Below are positions 1 to 12,182 of a stretch of 64,000 nt of DNA, in pieces. Position numbers and translations under genes: made by a program. Each line of letters begins with the position of its first letter. Position 1 is the first letter of the stretch. The notes beneath the pieces were generated by a model that was given only the letters and a program-made list of their open reading frames with translations, had not been told where the DNA came from and did not search any database. The DNA lies in assembly GCA_965113315.1 (NCBI GenBank), contig OZ220369.1. One strand, written 5' to 3'. This DNA comes from Podarcis vaucheri. Lineage: Eukaryota.

Positions 1-225
1 ATCGGTTCCAGAAGTCCGTTCTTAAACCAAAGCATTCTTAAACCAAGGCGTGCTTTCCCATAGCAGCAGGGGACTCAATTTACAAATGAAACACACTCAA
101 CAGGAAGCAGAACATATTCTGCTTCCAAGGCAAAGTTCACAAACCAAAACACCTACTTCTGAGTTTGCAGCATTCTTAATCCAAGTTGTTCATAACTAAG
201 CTGTTCTTAAACCAAGGTACCACTG
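1..225. mobile_element. Tc1/mariner (Tigger-like) MITE, right part
   Basis: Ends in ...aaggtaccactg followed by TA (a CAGTGGTACCT-type TIR with TA target site); internal 'ttcttaaaccaag' subrepeats; truncated by the window start. Confidence 0.65.
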
Positions 226-469
226 TACTTTGCAAAAATAATAATAATTGTACACAGGTCATGCAGGATGGAACTGGGGAAATACGGACACAAATGAGTT
301 GCCAAATCACCATCTGGAAAAAGTGCACGCACACATTAAACTCCTTGATGCAGTGGGAGACAAGGAAACGGTGGCATTTTCTGGCCATTACTTTTTTTCT
401 GCCACAGAGTTGTGTCTTATTCTTAAGCATGTTGTTTTGGTATGAATGAATGACTAATTTGTGTCTTAC

Positions 470-540
470 CCACTGGATCTCCTCTTGGAAAGGGAGGCCA
501 ATGTAATCACAGAGAGCAGCATATGTCTCTGAAAACCCAC
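470..540 (-). CDS. CARMIL2: CARMIL2 coding exon 7 (GGFSETYAALCDYIGLPFQEEIQW); gene continues off the left edge
   Basis: ttacag|GT...TGG|gtaag, 71 nt; highly conserved CARMIL-family linker motif GGFSETYAALCDY. Confidence 0.92.
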
Positions 541-992
541 CTGTAAATGTGAGAGGATATTAGCAGAACAGAATTTACAGGCTGATCCAAGTTCTAGATC
601 CAAACTCTCCTTTGCCAGAAACTTAGTAGCTGGTCTTAGGTAAACCACTATCTCTCAAGCTCAATTAATACACACCTATCTTGCATGGGTGATAAAGAGA
701 TTTCAGAGATTATGGTATTTGAAGACTCCAAAAATTATAAGACAGGCCATATAAAAGTGATTACTTTTAAACATTTATATAATGCAGGAAAATCACAAGA
801 TATAGATATTCTGAGCCAAGAAGATACTTTGCCCAAATCAAATATTTGGGCCATTAGTAATATCACTCCCATTCCTCACTCCTCAACCCTGTCAACAATC
901 CTTCTGGATACAAAAATAGAAAATACAGCTGTAGATCTATTAAAAAAACTATTAAGAAAAAAGGAGTACATTTGAGATAAAGTAAAGCAGTA

Positions 993-1279
993 CATTGGTG
1001 CCTCGCAAGACGAAAAGAATCCGTTCTGAGAGTCTCTTCGTCTAGCGGTTTTTTCGTCTTGCGAAGCAAGCCCATTGACGGATTAGCGGATTAGCGCTAT
1101 TAGCGGCTTTTAGCGGCTTAGAAAAAAGGGGGGAAGGGGGAAAAACCCACAGGAACTCGCAAGACATAGGCCCATAAGCCCATAGGAGATTCGTTTTGCG
1201 AAGCACCTCCAAAACGGAAAACTCTTTCGTCTAGCGAGTTTTCCGTCTTGCGAGGCATTCGTCTTGCGGGGCACCACTG
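993..1279. mobile_element. Tc1/mariner-type MITE
   Basis: TA|cattggtgcctcgcaagacgaa ... ttcgtcttgcggggcaccactg|TA inverted termini; CpG-rich; same family as 22638-22966. Confidence 0.85.
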
Positions 1280-1434
1280 TAGTGGAGAAGAGATGTCAGT
1301 TGCCACCAGCTTCATTCCTCCAATTTGTAAATATCTCAACAGACCTCATTTGTTACAACAGCAAATGTAGCTACTGAAAAGTTTGGACATGTTTGAACTA
1401 TGAGTGCTTTGACTGTATATCAATCTTGTATTTC

Positions 1435-1640
1435 TTACATTTTTATACTGCCCTTTTTTTTTGAAGGAGCTCAGAGCAGGGCACATGGTTTTTCCCCTGT
1501 CAAGTTTATCCACACAATAATCCTGTGAGGTTAGGCAGCATCAGAAAGAATGAATGGCCAAAAGTCTCTCAGTGAGTTTCACAGCTGAGTTGGGATTTAA
1601 ACCAGGGCTTCCCCAGCCCTAATTCAACCCTCCTAACAAC
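1435..1640 (-). mobile_element. MIR/CORE-like SINE fragment
   Basis: 'cacaataatcctgtgaggttaggc...ccaaaagtctctcagtgagtttcacagctgagttgggatttaaacc' is the reverse complement of the CORE-SINE pattern at 58400-58640; boundaries approximate. Confidence 0.55.
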
Positions 1641-2248
1641 CACACCATGTCACAAAAAGATGTCAATGCTAAAATTCTCTCTTATTTACAACTATTTAAA
1701 TAGCACAGGAGCCCTGCTGTCCTCCTTGGCATCTGGCCACTTGACAGCTGCACAACCATAGAAACCATCATCTCATATATACAGCTGATGCACAAAGCAG
1801 CCTACTTGCCCAGACCTTTAATGGTTTATAATGCTTAATTGGATGCTGCTGCTTAGCTTTATCGGCAATTCCATCTCCCATTTTACTGTCTGGCTGCTTC
1901 TGCTTCTAGTGTTTCATTTTTAAGATGTTGTTTAAAATTGGTTCATATTTTATCATTTTGTGAACAGCTATGAAGATAATCAATAATTGTTAAGGCAGGA
2001 TATAAATATTCGATGGACCAATCCTATGAAAGGTTACTTGGAAATAACTATTGTGTTCGGTGAAGCTTACTCCCAGGTAAACCAATAGAGGATGGCAGTC
2101 TTAATCAAGGGAAAGATTGACCATATGTGCACATGGGGAGATGGCTGCATAAGCATCTGCAGTCCAGGGCAAGTTCTACATAAAATGATTCCTAGAAAGG
2201 GTGCCAGAGTGGCAGCTACTAGCAACTCTGTGCTTCTGAAGCCAAGGT

Positions 2249-2251
<3 letters not shown>

Positions 2252-2279
<28 letters not shown>
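2252..2279. repeat. (CA)n microsatellite
   Basis: About 14 CA units, seen directly. Confidence 0.95.
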
Positions 2280-2282
<3 letters not shown>

Positions 2283-2444
2283 GCAGCCCTATTTTCCAAT
2301 CTGTGCTTATGCTAAATTCATATGAATTCAGAATTGTCAGATTTTTTAAAGGCTAGAGCACTCTAAGGGAAGTAAGCTTTAGTTTTACCACCAGTTTAAT
2401 AATATGTTTAAACTTTTAGTTTAGTTTAAACTTTTAGTTTAAAT

Positions 2445-2592
2445 TGTATGTTTAGGGAAGCTTTTAATATTCGATGAATTATTGTATTTTAATGTTTTGT
2501 TGGAAGCCACCCAAAGTGGCTGGGGAAACCCAGCCAGAAGGGCGGGGTATAAAATAAAAATAAAAATAAATAAATAAATAAATAAATAAAAA
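2445..2592 (+). mobile_element. LINE 3' end (L2-like) with (TAAA)n tail
   Basis: 'gaagccacccaaagtggctggggaaacccagccagaagggcggggtataaa' followed by an AAAT repeat tail; related reverse copy at about 31770-31860. Confidence 0.55.
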
Positions 2593-3297
2593 ATTATATA
2601 ATAATAAACAACTAGCCTTGTATTTAAGCACTCACCTAGTTGCCACACACAACAAGAAACTGCATGCAGGTGGATAAACAAGTTCTGTGCTTCCTCTGCG
2701 CCCAATATAGGAAACAGTGGGCTGTCTGAGGATGGAGCCATACGCCCCTTCCCTACGACCCCCAGTAGCTCACTTTTTTAAAAAGGCTAAAAACTTTTGT
2801 AAGCATATTTTAAAAGCTAGTTTAGACTAGGTATAGGGGAGAAATTTGATTCACTTTGCAGAGAGGAGCCTACCTAACTCAAACTTTCAGAAACATTAGA
2901 GAAACATAGCCATCCTTCAAAATTTGCATTCTCCAAATTTTGCAGTACACTTATCCAGCCAGGGAATGGGTAACAAAATACATATACTAGGACAAAATGT
3001 GCATATAATTGAATATGTTAATGAAGATAACATTAAATTCATTATATCAGGAGAAACTGCATAAACAAATGTGTATATTAGTAGAAATTCACACAAATGC
3101 TGGTGAATTTTCATGAGGATTATTTTTTAAAACAATAATTGCAAACAGCTGTGAAAATGTGGAGAAAAATGAGAAACCAGAATTGATATATTTCCTTATC
3201 CCTAGTTTACAATTCTTACATTCTTCACAACTATAGCTTGGCTCAACAATTACTTCCAACATATTTTCCTCCAATAATTTTCATATATAAAGATTAC

Positions 3298-3395
3298 CAC
3301 ATGGGCCTTGATTTTCCTTTAGTAATTCTTCCAAGGAATCTGTTATCGCTTTTATTCTGTCGACCAAGATGGGGGAGGCATTTTGGAGTAGGTTT
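3298..3395 (-). CDS. CARMIL2: CARMIL2 coding exon 6 (NLLQNASPILVDRIKAITDSLEELLKENQGPC)
   Basis: ttttgaag|A...TGTG|gtaat, 98 nt; phase 2->1 fits both neighbours; ends in the conserved GPC-G. Confidence 0.88.
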
Positions 3396-3923
3396 CTTCA
3401 AAACAAAGGGAAAAACCAATTACATTTTTTTCACTGAAGGCTTAGAGGATGCACCAGTCAGGAAGTTGGACAAAAACATTATTAACAGGACAGACACAGG
3501 AAGCTCCTGATTCCACCTAATTAAGTCCACAGCCATCTAGTGCCTAAATCATATAACCACACTGTCCACTCATGTACCCCCCCTACCTTTCTTTTGTTTA
3601 AAAGAAACAAATAAATTGGTACTGTTGAAACATCTGGTGCTTAAGGTAATCAGTTACGCATCTCTAAACCAAAAATGCTTCTGGAAACTTCAACCAGAAC
3701 ATGTGCTGATCTGTAACACCCTGTCATTCTTACAATATTGCCCTGGCACAGTCTCAGTAAATCAGTTTCCAAATACTACTTGTAAATGTGACCATTGTAC
3801 CTTCTCAGAAATAAGAAGGTATTGTAGGCTTCTATTTGGTTTCAACAACATATCATCTGTGCTCTATTCCTACCCACCGCTTATACATTAACTGGAGTCT
3901 GCCATGGCTTTGTAAGATGAAGA

Positions 3924-4060
3924 TGGTAAAGCACAAGCTTTGTCTGCAACCAGTCCCAGGTTCAACCCCTGGTATTTGCAGCCAGGGAAGACTCAAAGCT
4001 TATTATCTGGAGAGCCACTGCCTCTCAGTGGTGATGGTACTAAGCTAGATAAGATCAATG
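3924..4060 (+). mobile_element. Squamate tRNA-derived SINE (Squam3-like), degenerate
   Basis: B-box-like 'ggttcaacccc' head and 'ggagagccactgcc...gtactaagctaga' body shared with several other copies in the window. Confidence 0.5.
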
Positions 4061-4277
4061 TTGTGTAGTTATCCACAACCAAGTACTTTATTGTCCTCTC
4101 ATTAGAACTGTTATCGGCTTGAGTCTTTACAAAATATGAAGCCCAAGAAGTGTTGGCTTCCCACTGCATTATCACTTCTTGCATTATCTGGGTATGAAAC
4201 ATGAGCTAAAAATGTGCTTTATCATAAAGCTATGGTCCCTTTCCCTAATGGGCTGTGTCAGTGAGCTTCCACTATAC

Positions 4278-4599
4278 CAGGGGTCTGCAACCTGCTGCTC
4301 CGGAGCCGCATGTGGCTCTTTTACACCTTTGCCGCGGCTCCGGGGCGGATACTAGTGAGGGGAGGAGACACATTGTGCGCCCTGACACTCCCCACTGTGG
4401 CGGGCGCTGTACTGGCTGTGACGTCGCATGGGGGCGGTGCGTGTGTTAGTCCCAACGTCACCTTCCCGCCCGCTGTCAGATCGCGGCTCCGGAGATATAT
4501 TTGTTTTAAATGTCGCAATGGTTTTGCGGCTCCCAGTTTTTCCCCCCTTCGGAAACGGGTCCAAGTGGCTCTTTTTGTCTTAAAGGTTGCAGACCCCTG
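4278..4599. mobile_element. Young non-autonomous hAT transposon (MITE)
   Basis: Perfect 16-bp TIR CAGGGGTCTGCAACCT and perfect 8-bp TSD CACTATAC (4270-4277 / 4600-4607); CpGs retained. Confidence 0.92.
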
Positions 4600-4844
4600 C
4601 ACTATACCTTTCAAGCGTAACAGATGCTTCAGACAAGATGCTTTTGGGAAACAGATGCTAGTATAGGATAGTGGATATAAGACTGAACTGTTAGCCAATA
4701 AATCTCTTGTTCAAATCACGTAATGAGTCTATAGGAAAGCCTTAGGCATACCACTATCTCTTATATTCTCTACTGTTTCACCCCACATCTTCATACCTGC
4801 AATGTGAAGCATAACACTGCCCTGATTTAAAGGGTTGTTGTGAG

Positions 4845-4975
4845 GCAAGGATAACCAATGTGACACCCTCCAGATGTTGTGTACTACAACTCCCATCAAA
4901 CCCAGCCAGAATAGCCAAGGATGATGGAAGCTGTAGTCCAAAATATCTGGACAGTACCATGGTGGCTAGCCCTGT
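4845..4975. mobile_element. Short (~130 bp) hAT-derived MITE, 'actacaactcccatca' family
   Basis: Shared core ccctccagatgtt...actacaactcccatca...tgtagtcc...atctgga; about 12 copies in the window. Confidence 0.65.
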
Positions 4976-5099
4976 TATATGTTTTATTTAAGATAATGTA
5001 CCTGATTTGAGCATGCTAATGTGCTATATAATAATAACCACTCCAAACCCATCTAACTGGTTTGGCCCTGGTCACCAGCGTTCAGCCCATATCTTCTAA

Positions 5100-5238
5100 T
5101 GTAGGCTGGGGAACCTGTGTCCCACCAGATTTTGTTCGGCTCTGACTTCCATCAGCTCCAGCCAACATAGTTAATGGTCAGAGATGGTGAAAATTTTAGT
5201 CCAACAATATATACAGGGCCACAGGCTCCCCAACCTGT
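5100..5238. mobile_element. Short hAT-derived MITE, same family
   Basis: ggggaacctg...acttccatcagc...caggctccccaacc. Confidence 0.6.
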
Positions 5239-5297
5239 TCAAAAGTCTCCAATATATGTACAATCTTGGGCTTTGGTAAACTACATAACCCCCTTAC

Positions 5298-5419
5298 CCA
5301 GGTGAAGAAATTGGAAAGATCTTCTTCAGAGATGTGACTATGTGGATGACCATATGCTCCAAATCATCCAATGACAAGAACTCAAATTCAAAAGAAGATT
5401 TTTCTGTCTCCACGACAAC
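5298..5419 (-). CDS. CARMIL2: CARMIL2 coding exon 5 (VVVETEKSSFEFEFLSLDDLEHMVIHIVTSLKKIFPISSPG), PH-like domain
   Basis: aag|GTT...GG|gtaag, 122 nt; VVETEK and LKKIFP motifs typical of CARMIL N-termini. Confidence 0.92.
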
Positions 5420-6289
5420 CTTTAGTCAAGTAGAAGAGAAGACATAAGAGGGGAGATATTTTCTATTTAAAAGTTTCAGTATTGAAACAATAGTTATTAT
5501 CTCATAATACACACTATTTTAAACAAGGGTACTAAAATAATATTTGTAGTGATAAATAATTTATAACAAAACATTAATATTCATTTTGTTGTCCAACATA
5601 CATGAGCTTTTTATTATCACTATTACTATTAAATTAAAATGAATAATTTTCTTTAGAGAAGGGAGGTATTATGAAATTATCACAAGCAAAAAAAGGAGAT
5701 GTAATAACCCCAATTCTCCTCTGGAAAAGAGGATGAGCTACACAGAAGATGCTAATATCATAAAATAATAAAAGAAAAAGAAAAAGAAAAGAAAAGAAAA
5801 TAATGGGAAGCAAGTAGAAAGGGTATATAAAAAAAAATCCCATACTTTCTATCTAAAGAAAAATCTTCCAGCAAAATGACTAAAATATTGAACATTTGTA
5901 AATATTTTCACTCCCCAGGCTCCAAATGTGTCTTTCTCCATACAAGACTGAGTTGATTTTAAAACATTTTATTCCCTGCCCACCCACTGAGATGATCTAT
6001 ATCCTCAGGGAACTTTTTGAAAGAGGGAGAATTACAGGATGTATTATGAGAAAGTGCCTTTTGTTATATCACTGCTGAAGTTAAATAGATGTGGACCTCA
6101 GCAATGCCCAAGGTCCTCAAAAGCACAGAACAACAAAATACCATGTAGGGGGGAAAAGTGTATAAAAAGAATCTGAAAGCAAAATCTGACACAAAATAAG
6201 CCAAATGATGCTTATGGCCCTGTAACCATGTGCAAAGCAATTCTTCTTTCATAGGTCCCAAACTGTTGTCTTCGTTGGTACTGCTCCGG

Positions 6290-6472
6290 AGGGAAGGTAA
6301 ACGGCGTTTCCGTGCGCTGCTCTATTTCACCAGAAGCAGCTTACTCATGCTAGCCACATGACCCGGAAGCTGTCTGCAGACAAACGCCAGCTCCCTTGGC
6401 CTGTAAAGCGAGATGAGCACTGCAACCCCAGAGTCGGCTGTGACTGGACCTAACGGTCAGGGGTACCTTTAC
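6290..6472 (+). mobile_element. Sauria SINE, 5'-truncated
   Basis: gggaaggtaaacggcgtttccgtgcgc...ggtacctttac tail; homologous to the adjacent full copy. Confidence 0.85.
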
Positions 6473-6501
6473 ATTAATAGGTTGCTAATACTACTGGCAA
6501 A

Positions 6502-6865
6502 AGGGACGCAGGTGGCGCTGTGGGTAAAAGCCTCAGCGCCTAGGGCTTGCCGATCGAAAGGTCGGCAGTTCGAATCCCTGCGGCGGGGTGCGCTCCCGTC
6601 GTTCGGTCCCAGCGCCTGCCAACCTAGCAGTTCGAAAGCACCCCCGGGTGCAAGTAGATAAATAGGGACCGCTTACAAGCGGGAAGGTAAACGGCGTTTC
6701 CGTGTGCGGCTCTGGTTCGCCAGAGCAGCGATGTCACGCTGGCCACGTGACCCGGAAGTGTCTTCGGACAACGCTGGCCCCCGGCCTCTTCAGTGAGATG
6801 GGCGCACAACCCTAGAGTCTGGCAAGACTGGCCCGTACGGGCAGGGGTACCTTTACCTTTACCTT
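6502..6865 (+). mobile_element. Full-length Sauria SINE with 16-bp TSD
   Basis: GGGACGCAGGTGGCGCTG head, B-box gttcgaatcc, (ACCTTT)n tail; TSD TAATACTACTGGCAAA at 6486-6501 and 6866-6881. Confidence 0.93.
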
Positions 6866-7752
6866 TAATACTACTGGCAAACAATTCAAATCTAGGCTAA
6901 TTTCAAAGTCTGACTCAATCGTCAAACAAACCAGTTTAATATCTCCTTTTTGATTGTTTGTAGAGTTGGGATCTAATAATTATGTTTGCCTATATGCATC
7001 ATCTTCTCTGTAAGAAACATTGGAAAGGAAAGAAAACATTCCTTCTAAATTTGAGTTCTTATGGTCCCTGCAGTGAAAAATTAGACCTGCTCCATAGCCT
7101 CCAATATTTCACATGTGAAAACGAACACATAATGAACACATAAAAAGCAAAAATTGGTGCAAAATAGGGGTAATAAATTTCTAAGAATTGTTAGCAGAAA
7201 AGAGAAACAATTGGGATTTTAGCTGCTGAATTGCAGTTCCCAGTTTGTTTGCTTTTTGTTTTATTAAATATAAGGATAAGACTGTAACATGAATTATTAA
7301 TATAAATAAATTAAATATAACTAGAAATAGGTGTTAATGTACTTAACACTTAAGTGCATTACATACAATAGCAACAAGCACAGAATGAATCACTGCTGAA
7401 TACAAAAATATTAGGCACAAAATAAACAATACATAATAAAAGTGAGAATAATGCGTATGGATGCATATTATCTTGAAACTTAACGCTTCAGTAGTTGATA
7501 AATCCAGTGTTCAACAAATGTGTATAGATAAGTTTTGGGGTTCATTAAATTTATAGTTTTCTCTTCAAAGAATCCTGAGGTGATTTACAACAAAGAGTAA
7601 AAATACAATAATAATAAATACATAAAAATGTGAAAAATATAGTCAGAATACAAACATCCACTTGCTAGTGCTGCCCAAATGTCTACTGTCTAAGGCAGTA
7701 GTCAACATTTTCAGACACCTTTAACCCAACCATACACCTAGGGACCAATTTC

Positions 7753-7990
7753 TTAATTACTTGCTATATATTTGTAGGGTGGTAGATCAGTCCATGACCC
7801 AGGAGTGAGTCCTGACCCACCATTTGAAGACTGATGGTATACACTTATTTCTTCCATATTTTTATAATGGGTCAGTTGGCTCATTAAGGCATTTGTCCAC
7901 ACTTTATTAAACCAATCAACAATAGAATGTGGTGTAATTCTTTTTTCCCCCCTCTTCAATTTGGGGAGTGCCCTTTGATTCTTCAGCAAG
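7753..7990 (-). mobile_element. Degenerate L1/Tx1-like LINE ORF2 C-terminal fragment
   Basis: PHSIVDWFNKVW-type peptide resembling the end of L1-clade ORF2; no splice context. Confidence 0.35.
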
Positions 7991-8554
7991 CATCAGAAAC
8001 GGGATTTTTTTTTTACCAAGAGAGAATGTCGTCTACTGCCCTTTAACTGCTGGACATGAGTAATTTTAATGACAATCGACTGGCTGTTTAATGTCAGAGC
8101 AATCAAAAAATTTACTGGCCCCACTTCTGTGCCTTTTACAGTGGTCTGACACACATAAATCAAGCAGCTGAAAGCTTCCCTGTCATTTTATTTCCAGTGC
8201 CAAGAAAACATCACCTTCATTTCTGTACATCAGTTTTGTTACAGAAGGTACAGAAGTAGACATAGTAAATAAAATGGAATGGAATAAAATAAAATGGCAA
8301 CATTAAGGATGGTCTTGTTGGTTTAAGGACATGATTAAAATGAATATTTGGGACCAGTTATATACAAAATCTTGGTCTATGTGCACACATGACAGCTTTG
8401 TAGCATTTACTGTGGGGAAAGATTATCTGGCATCTGCCCCCCCCCCGAAACACTAGACCCTTGCCCCATAGGGAGGGGAGGAAAAGTGTGCTTAATGTCT
8501 GTATGGCACAGGGAGAGAATCACAACAGCCTGATCCCAAAAATTTTGCACTCAC

Positions 8555-8614
8555 CCAGTTATCTCCTCCTATCGTGATGATCTGCACAGCTAAGAAGCTG
8601 AAGCTAACTTGTAC
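8555..8614 (-). CDS. CARMIL2: CARMIL2 coding exon 4 (VQVSFSFLAVQIITIGGDNW)
   Basis: ctgcag|GTA...TGG|gtgagt, 60 nt, phase 0-0; matches the CARMIL 'xFSYLE' strand. Confidence 0.88.
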
Positions 8615-9419
8615 CTGCAGGTGGAAACATGCAAAGGTAGGTAAGTGCAGAGGGATCAGGTAGCCAATGCATTTTAAAGGGAAACCTAAGATGTACACCT
8701 GTATGTGTGTGTCCTTCGTAACTGATGCAATAACAATATTTTATTCTTCAGATATTTACCAACACAGAAAATGCTTTCATATCATCTTGTCTTGCATAAG
8801 CTCTGAGCACAGCTCTCCTGCAGGTTAAGGTCCCTTCCAACTCTACAATTCTATGAAATAATATGTGTTTTCGGAAGGGGAGAGTTGCACAATAGTTTAT
8901 ACTTTAGCATTTTAAACCAGAAAGTTATATGGAACTCCCTACCTATTGATATTAGGCAGGTGCCATCATTATACTGTTTTCGGACCCTGTCAAAAACTGT
9001 TTTGTTTAGGCAAGCCGACCCATACATGTAAAAACATTTGTTTTTAAAAATGTTTTTATTTTATCTATATTTTGATATTATTTTGTCTCCTGTTTTTAAA
9101 AGTCTTATTTTTTTGCTATTTTGTAATGAATATTTTATGGAAACAGCTTAGAGATTTTTTATTATTATTAAACAGTATACAAGGCCTGTGGTATAAATAA
9201 GTAAGGATGTACCCCTCCCACTTCCCCAATCAAGAAAGGCCTGAAAGCTGAACCTCTAAAAAGAAACATGAACTGCATTAAAGCAAAAAGTAGTAGAATT
9301 ATAATTTTTTAAAAAAACAACTCAGAAATTTCACTGGTTTGTCATTCAGTTTGTGCCTAGGGTTTGCCTGGGACTCCTGTGGTAATGAAATAGCATATTA
9401 TGTAACAGTATGAGGGGAT

Positions 9420-9830
9420 TTTAGTTTGGGGAGAATTCCTAACTAATAAAGAAATCCTGTACAATGAACAAACCAAGCTGTTAGACTACGCTGAAGTGAC
9501 AAAACTGACCGGAAAGCTCAGGAACCAAGAACACAAAAACTTCAAGAAAGAATGGGAAAATTTTATTTAGGTGACCACTGTAAACAAATTAAAACATTAG
9601 CAGGATAGCAGGATATTAATATACTTGTAATGTAACAAACACTATGGACAATATGGACAAATACAAAATATAGATTATAAAATAATATGCAGTTTAAAAT
9701 GTTGACAATAGGACCCATGGAGAGGATGGGGGGCGGGAAGTCTCAAGATTCAGAGAAATCTCCTTATATGGATATGTAGTTGGTATTGTTATAAATTTAG
9801 ATTTGTAAAATCAAATAAAAACTATTGCAA
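9420..9830 (+). mobile_element. L1-like LINE 3' fragment
   Basis: A-rich; remnant ORF2 C-terminus (..KLRNQEHKNFKKEWE..) followed by 3'UTR-like sequence and AATAAA. Confidence 0.45.
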
Positions 9831-10211
9831 ACAAGAAAGAAAAAAACCAAATCCCACATAATGCTAGAATTACACTGTTGGGGATGGGTAATAATATGAA
9901 GCCACCAAGGCTTCTTGGGCCTCCAGAGACCAATTGAAAATGTGGTATTTTAGGAAGGAGTGCAAACCTGACTAGAACGGCTAACTGCTCTGAGAAGAGA
10001 GCCACGAGGGCCTGCTCTGGGGTTCAAGTTCATTTCATTTCATTTATACGCCACCTTCCTATTTACACACATTTCATTTAATTTATACGCGACCTTCCTA
10101 TATTACAACACACAAGGCTGTTTACAAGCTGAAGAAACAATCTGCAACAAAGAACAAGCTGATCCAATACAAAAAAGTCCTAAGAGAAACCATGGTCAGG
10201 GCAGGTCTTAC

Positions 10212-10262
10212 CTTGACCGGGAGTTTCGCCAGCACCACCAGGGCTCGCCAGGGCATCAAAAC
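10212..10262 (-). CDS. CARMIL2: CARMIL2 coding exon 3 (VLMPWRALVVLAKLPVK)
   Basis: atccag|GTT...AAG|gtaag, 51 nt, phase 0-0; WRA motif. Confidence 0.9.
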
Positions 10263-10298
10263 CTGGATAGCAAGGCAAGGCCAAAGAGAGCAGAGATC

Positions 10299-10322
10299 AG
10301 GAGGAGGAGGAGGAGGAGGAGG
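10299..10322. repeat. (AGG)8 trinucleotide repeat
   Basis: Seen directly; reads (CCT)8 on the CARMIL2 pre-mRNA just upstream of the exon 3 acceptor. Confidence 0.95.
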
Positions 10323-11822
10323 CCTAACTGCATTTTCACATACAGGGATTTATGAGAGAAAATGGTGAACAAGGTCTACAAGGGGCTTAAGGACTTACTC
10401 TTGCAATTTTTATCAGTAACCATGGGGGGAAGGGCATAATTTTGCCGGAGGGCCAACTTTGAGAAAGCTGAGAGAAACTTAAGGCCTCATTCCCCAAATA
10501 AAGTATTGAATCGAAGGTGGCCACTTAAAACTGCATGATCAAGAACAAGGACACAGAATTGCATAAAATGTACATGTGCTAGTTTATAGCTACAGGTGCA
10601 AATTTTCAAAGGATTGCTGTAATTTAAATAAGAAATGCAATATACCTCATCTGTGTTATTTTCCTGGAAAATGAGGTGCTGGAACTCACTGTGAACTCTG
10701 GTTCTCTTATAATGGCAATGGCAGCCCACCTGAGAGGCGCTGGAGCTGAGTTCCAGTGATTTCCGGCTGAAAAAAGCCCTGCATCTCACCATGAAGGGGG
10801 AAGACTGATCAGGTTCTCTGTGTGCCTGATCAGCCTGCTGCTCAGGTGTCATAATTGTGGATTGCCAGCTTCAAGGCACCTGCTATCTTTTCTTAGGGTT
10901 CCTCATCTCTGTATTTGGATCAGGCAATCCTTCAAATAGAGGGCTGTCCTTTGCAAAGTAGTTTGTGACTTATTAAGACTATTTATAAGCTGCATTTCAA
11001 AGCAAAAGTCTCAAGGTGATTTCCAACAATATAATAACTGTGTGTGTTGTGAACCATCCTGTGATCATCGTAAGGGTAGAATACAAATTTAATAAATAAA
11101 ACATTTATTAGTAGATTTAATAGTAGATTGTTTAGTAGATAATCTACTAAATCTACACACACACCCCAATAACAAAATGGGATGGTAAGACAAACCGTAT
11201 ATGCTTTTGCTAGCCTGAGCCAATTGGAGGAAAGGAAATAAATAAATAAACAAACTGCAATTCTTTAAAGAACCTCAATTTTATTTTATTTTGGTCAGAA
11301 CAGGTTGCACCTACATTACAGGATCTACTCTGCAGTATACTGCCTAATCTTATATTAAATTTTTACACTTTTGTATCTGTTGTCTCTACTGATTGTAAAG
11401 CTAACAGCAGAATCCTTAAGAATTAAAAATATTTAATTGATTTTCATATTGCTGCCATCCAACCTGGGCCCTTATGATGAAAGGTGGGTAAGAAATCTAA
11501 AGATTATGGGTTCTGCTCAGAGGTATTGCTCAATTGAGTTTTAATGAACCTTACTTCCACAAGTTCAAATAGGTAAGTGTGTACAGGACTGCAGACTTAG
11601 TTATGCCTTTTATTTTTCTTGTTAGTCCAATTGAATGTTTCATAAAGGATGAGACTGCAGCTATACCTATATTTGTCCTATAATCATTTTTTTGCCATTA
11701 TAAAATAAGAGTCTCTTTGCTTCTGATTGCAAAGCTTAGTTACTTAGGAATAATTTACAGTAACACTAAAATATGTGGAATGTACATCCATGTAAATATG
11801 CTTAGGAATAGTGAACTTGGTA

Positions 11823-11890
11823 ATCATAGAATTGTGGAGTTGGAAGGGGTCCCAAGGGTCATTTAGTCCAACCCCCTGCAATGCAGGAAT
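11823..11890 (-). mobile_element. CR1 LINE 3' terminus
   Basis: catagaattgtggagttggaaggg...tagtccaacccc is the reverse of the CR1 3' end (ATTCTATG-type tail). Confidence 0.75.
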
Positions 11891-12182
11891 AATGTTTACT
11901 TGCAAACATACAACTTGAGTAGATATTACAGAGGTGCAGAAGCAAGTACTCAGCAGTACCAGATTACAGTAATTAGAATGGTATACAGAATGCTACCCTA
12001 TTTCATTATTTCTGTATTGATGGATATTTGTAGTTACTCTTTATCAAGAAAGATCCATATAAGTGCTGCAGCATGTTGGGATGCATGTGACCTAGGAAAT
12101 CTTTACAGGCCATGACATTCAGCTGCATGGTGTAGAGACCTGGGAAACATACACAAACCAAAATTGAGCTATCTATACATAC

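Noticed and set aside
176-430. ORF containing SHCIKEFNV, superficially like the next CARMIL exon
   Set aside because: Lacks the expected DVDxIY start and DFSHL motif and has no suitable splice sites; the true exon 8 is probably outside the window.
993-1279. Regularly recurring 'ttcgtcttgcga' units resembling a CRISPR-like array
   Set aside because: Internal subrepeats of a mariner MITE bounded by TIRs and TA; eukaryotic context, irregular spacing, no cas genes.
6505-6520. GCAGGTGGCGCTG CTCF-like core
   Set aside because: It is the Sauria SINE A-box region and lacks the 5' CC of the motif.
6502-6600. tRNA-like A/B boxes
   Set aside because: SINE head, not a tRNA gene; no cloverleaf, and it is followed by the SINE body and tail.
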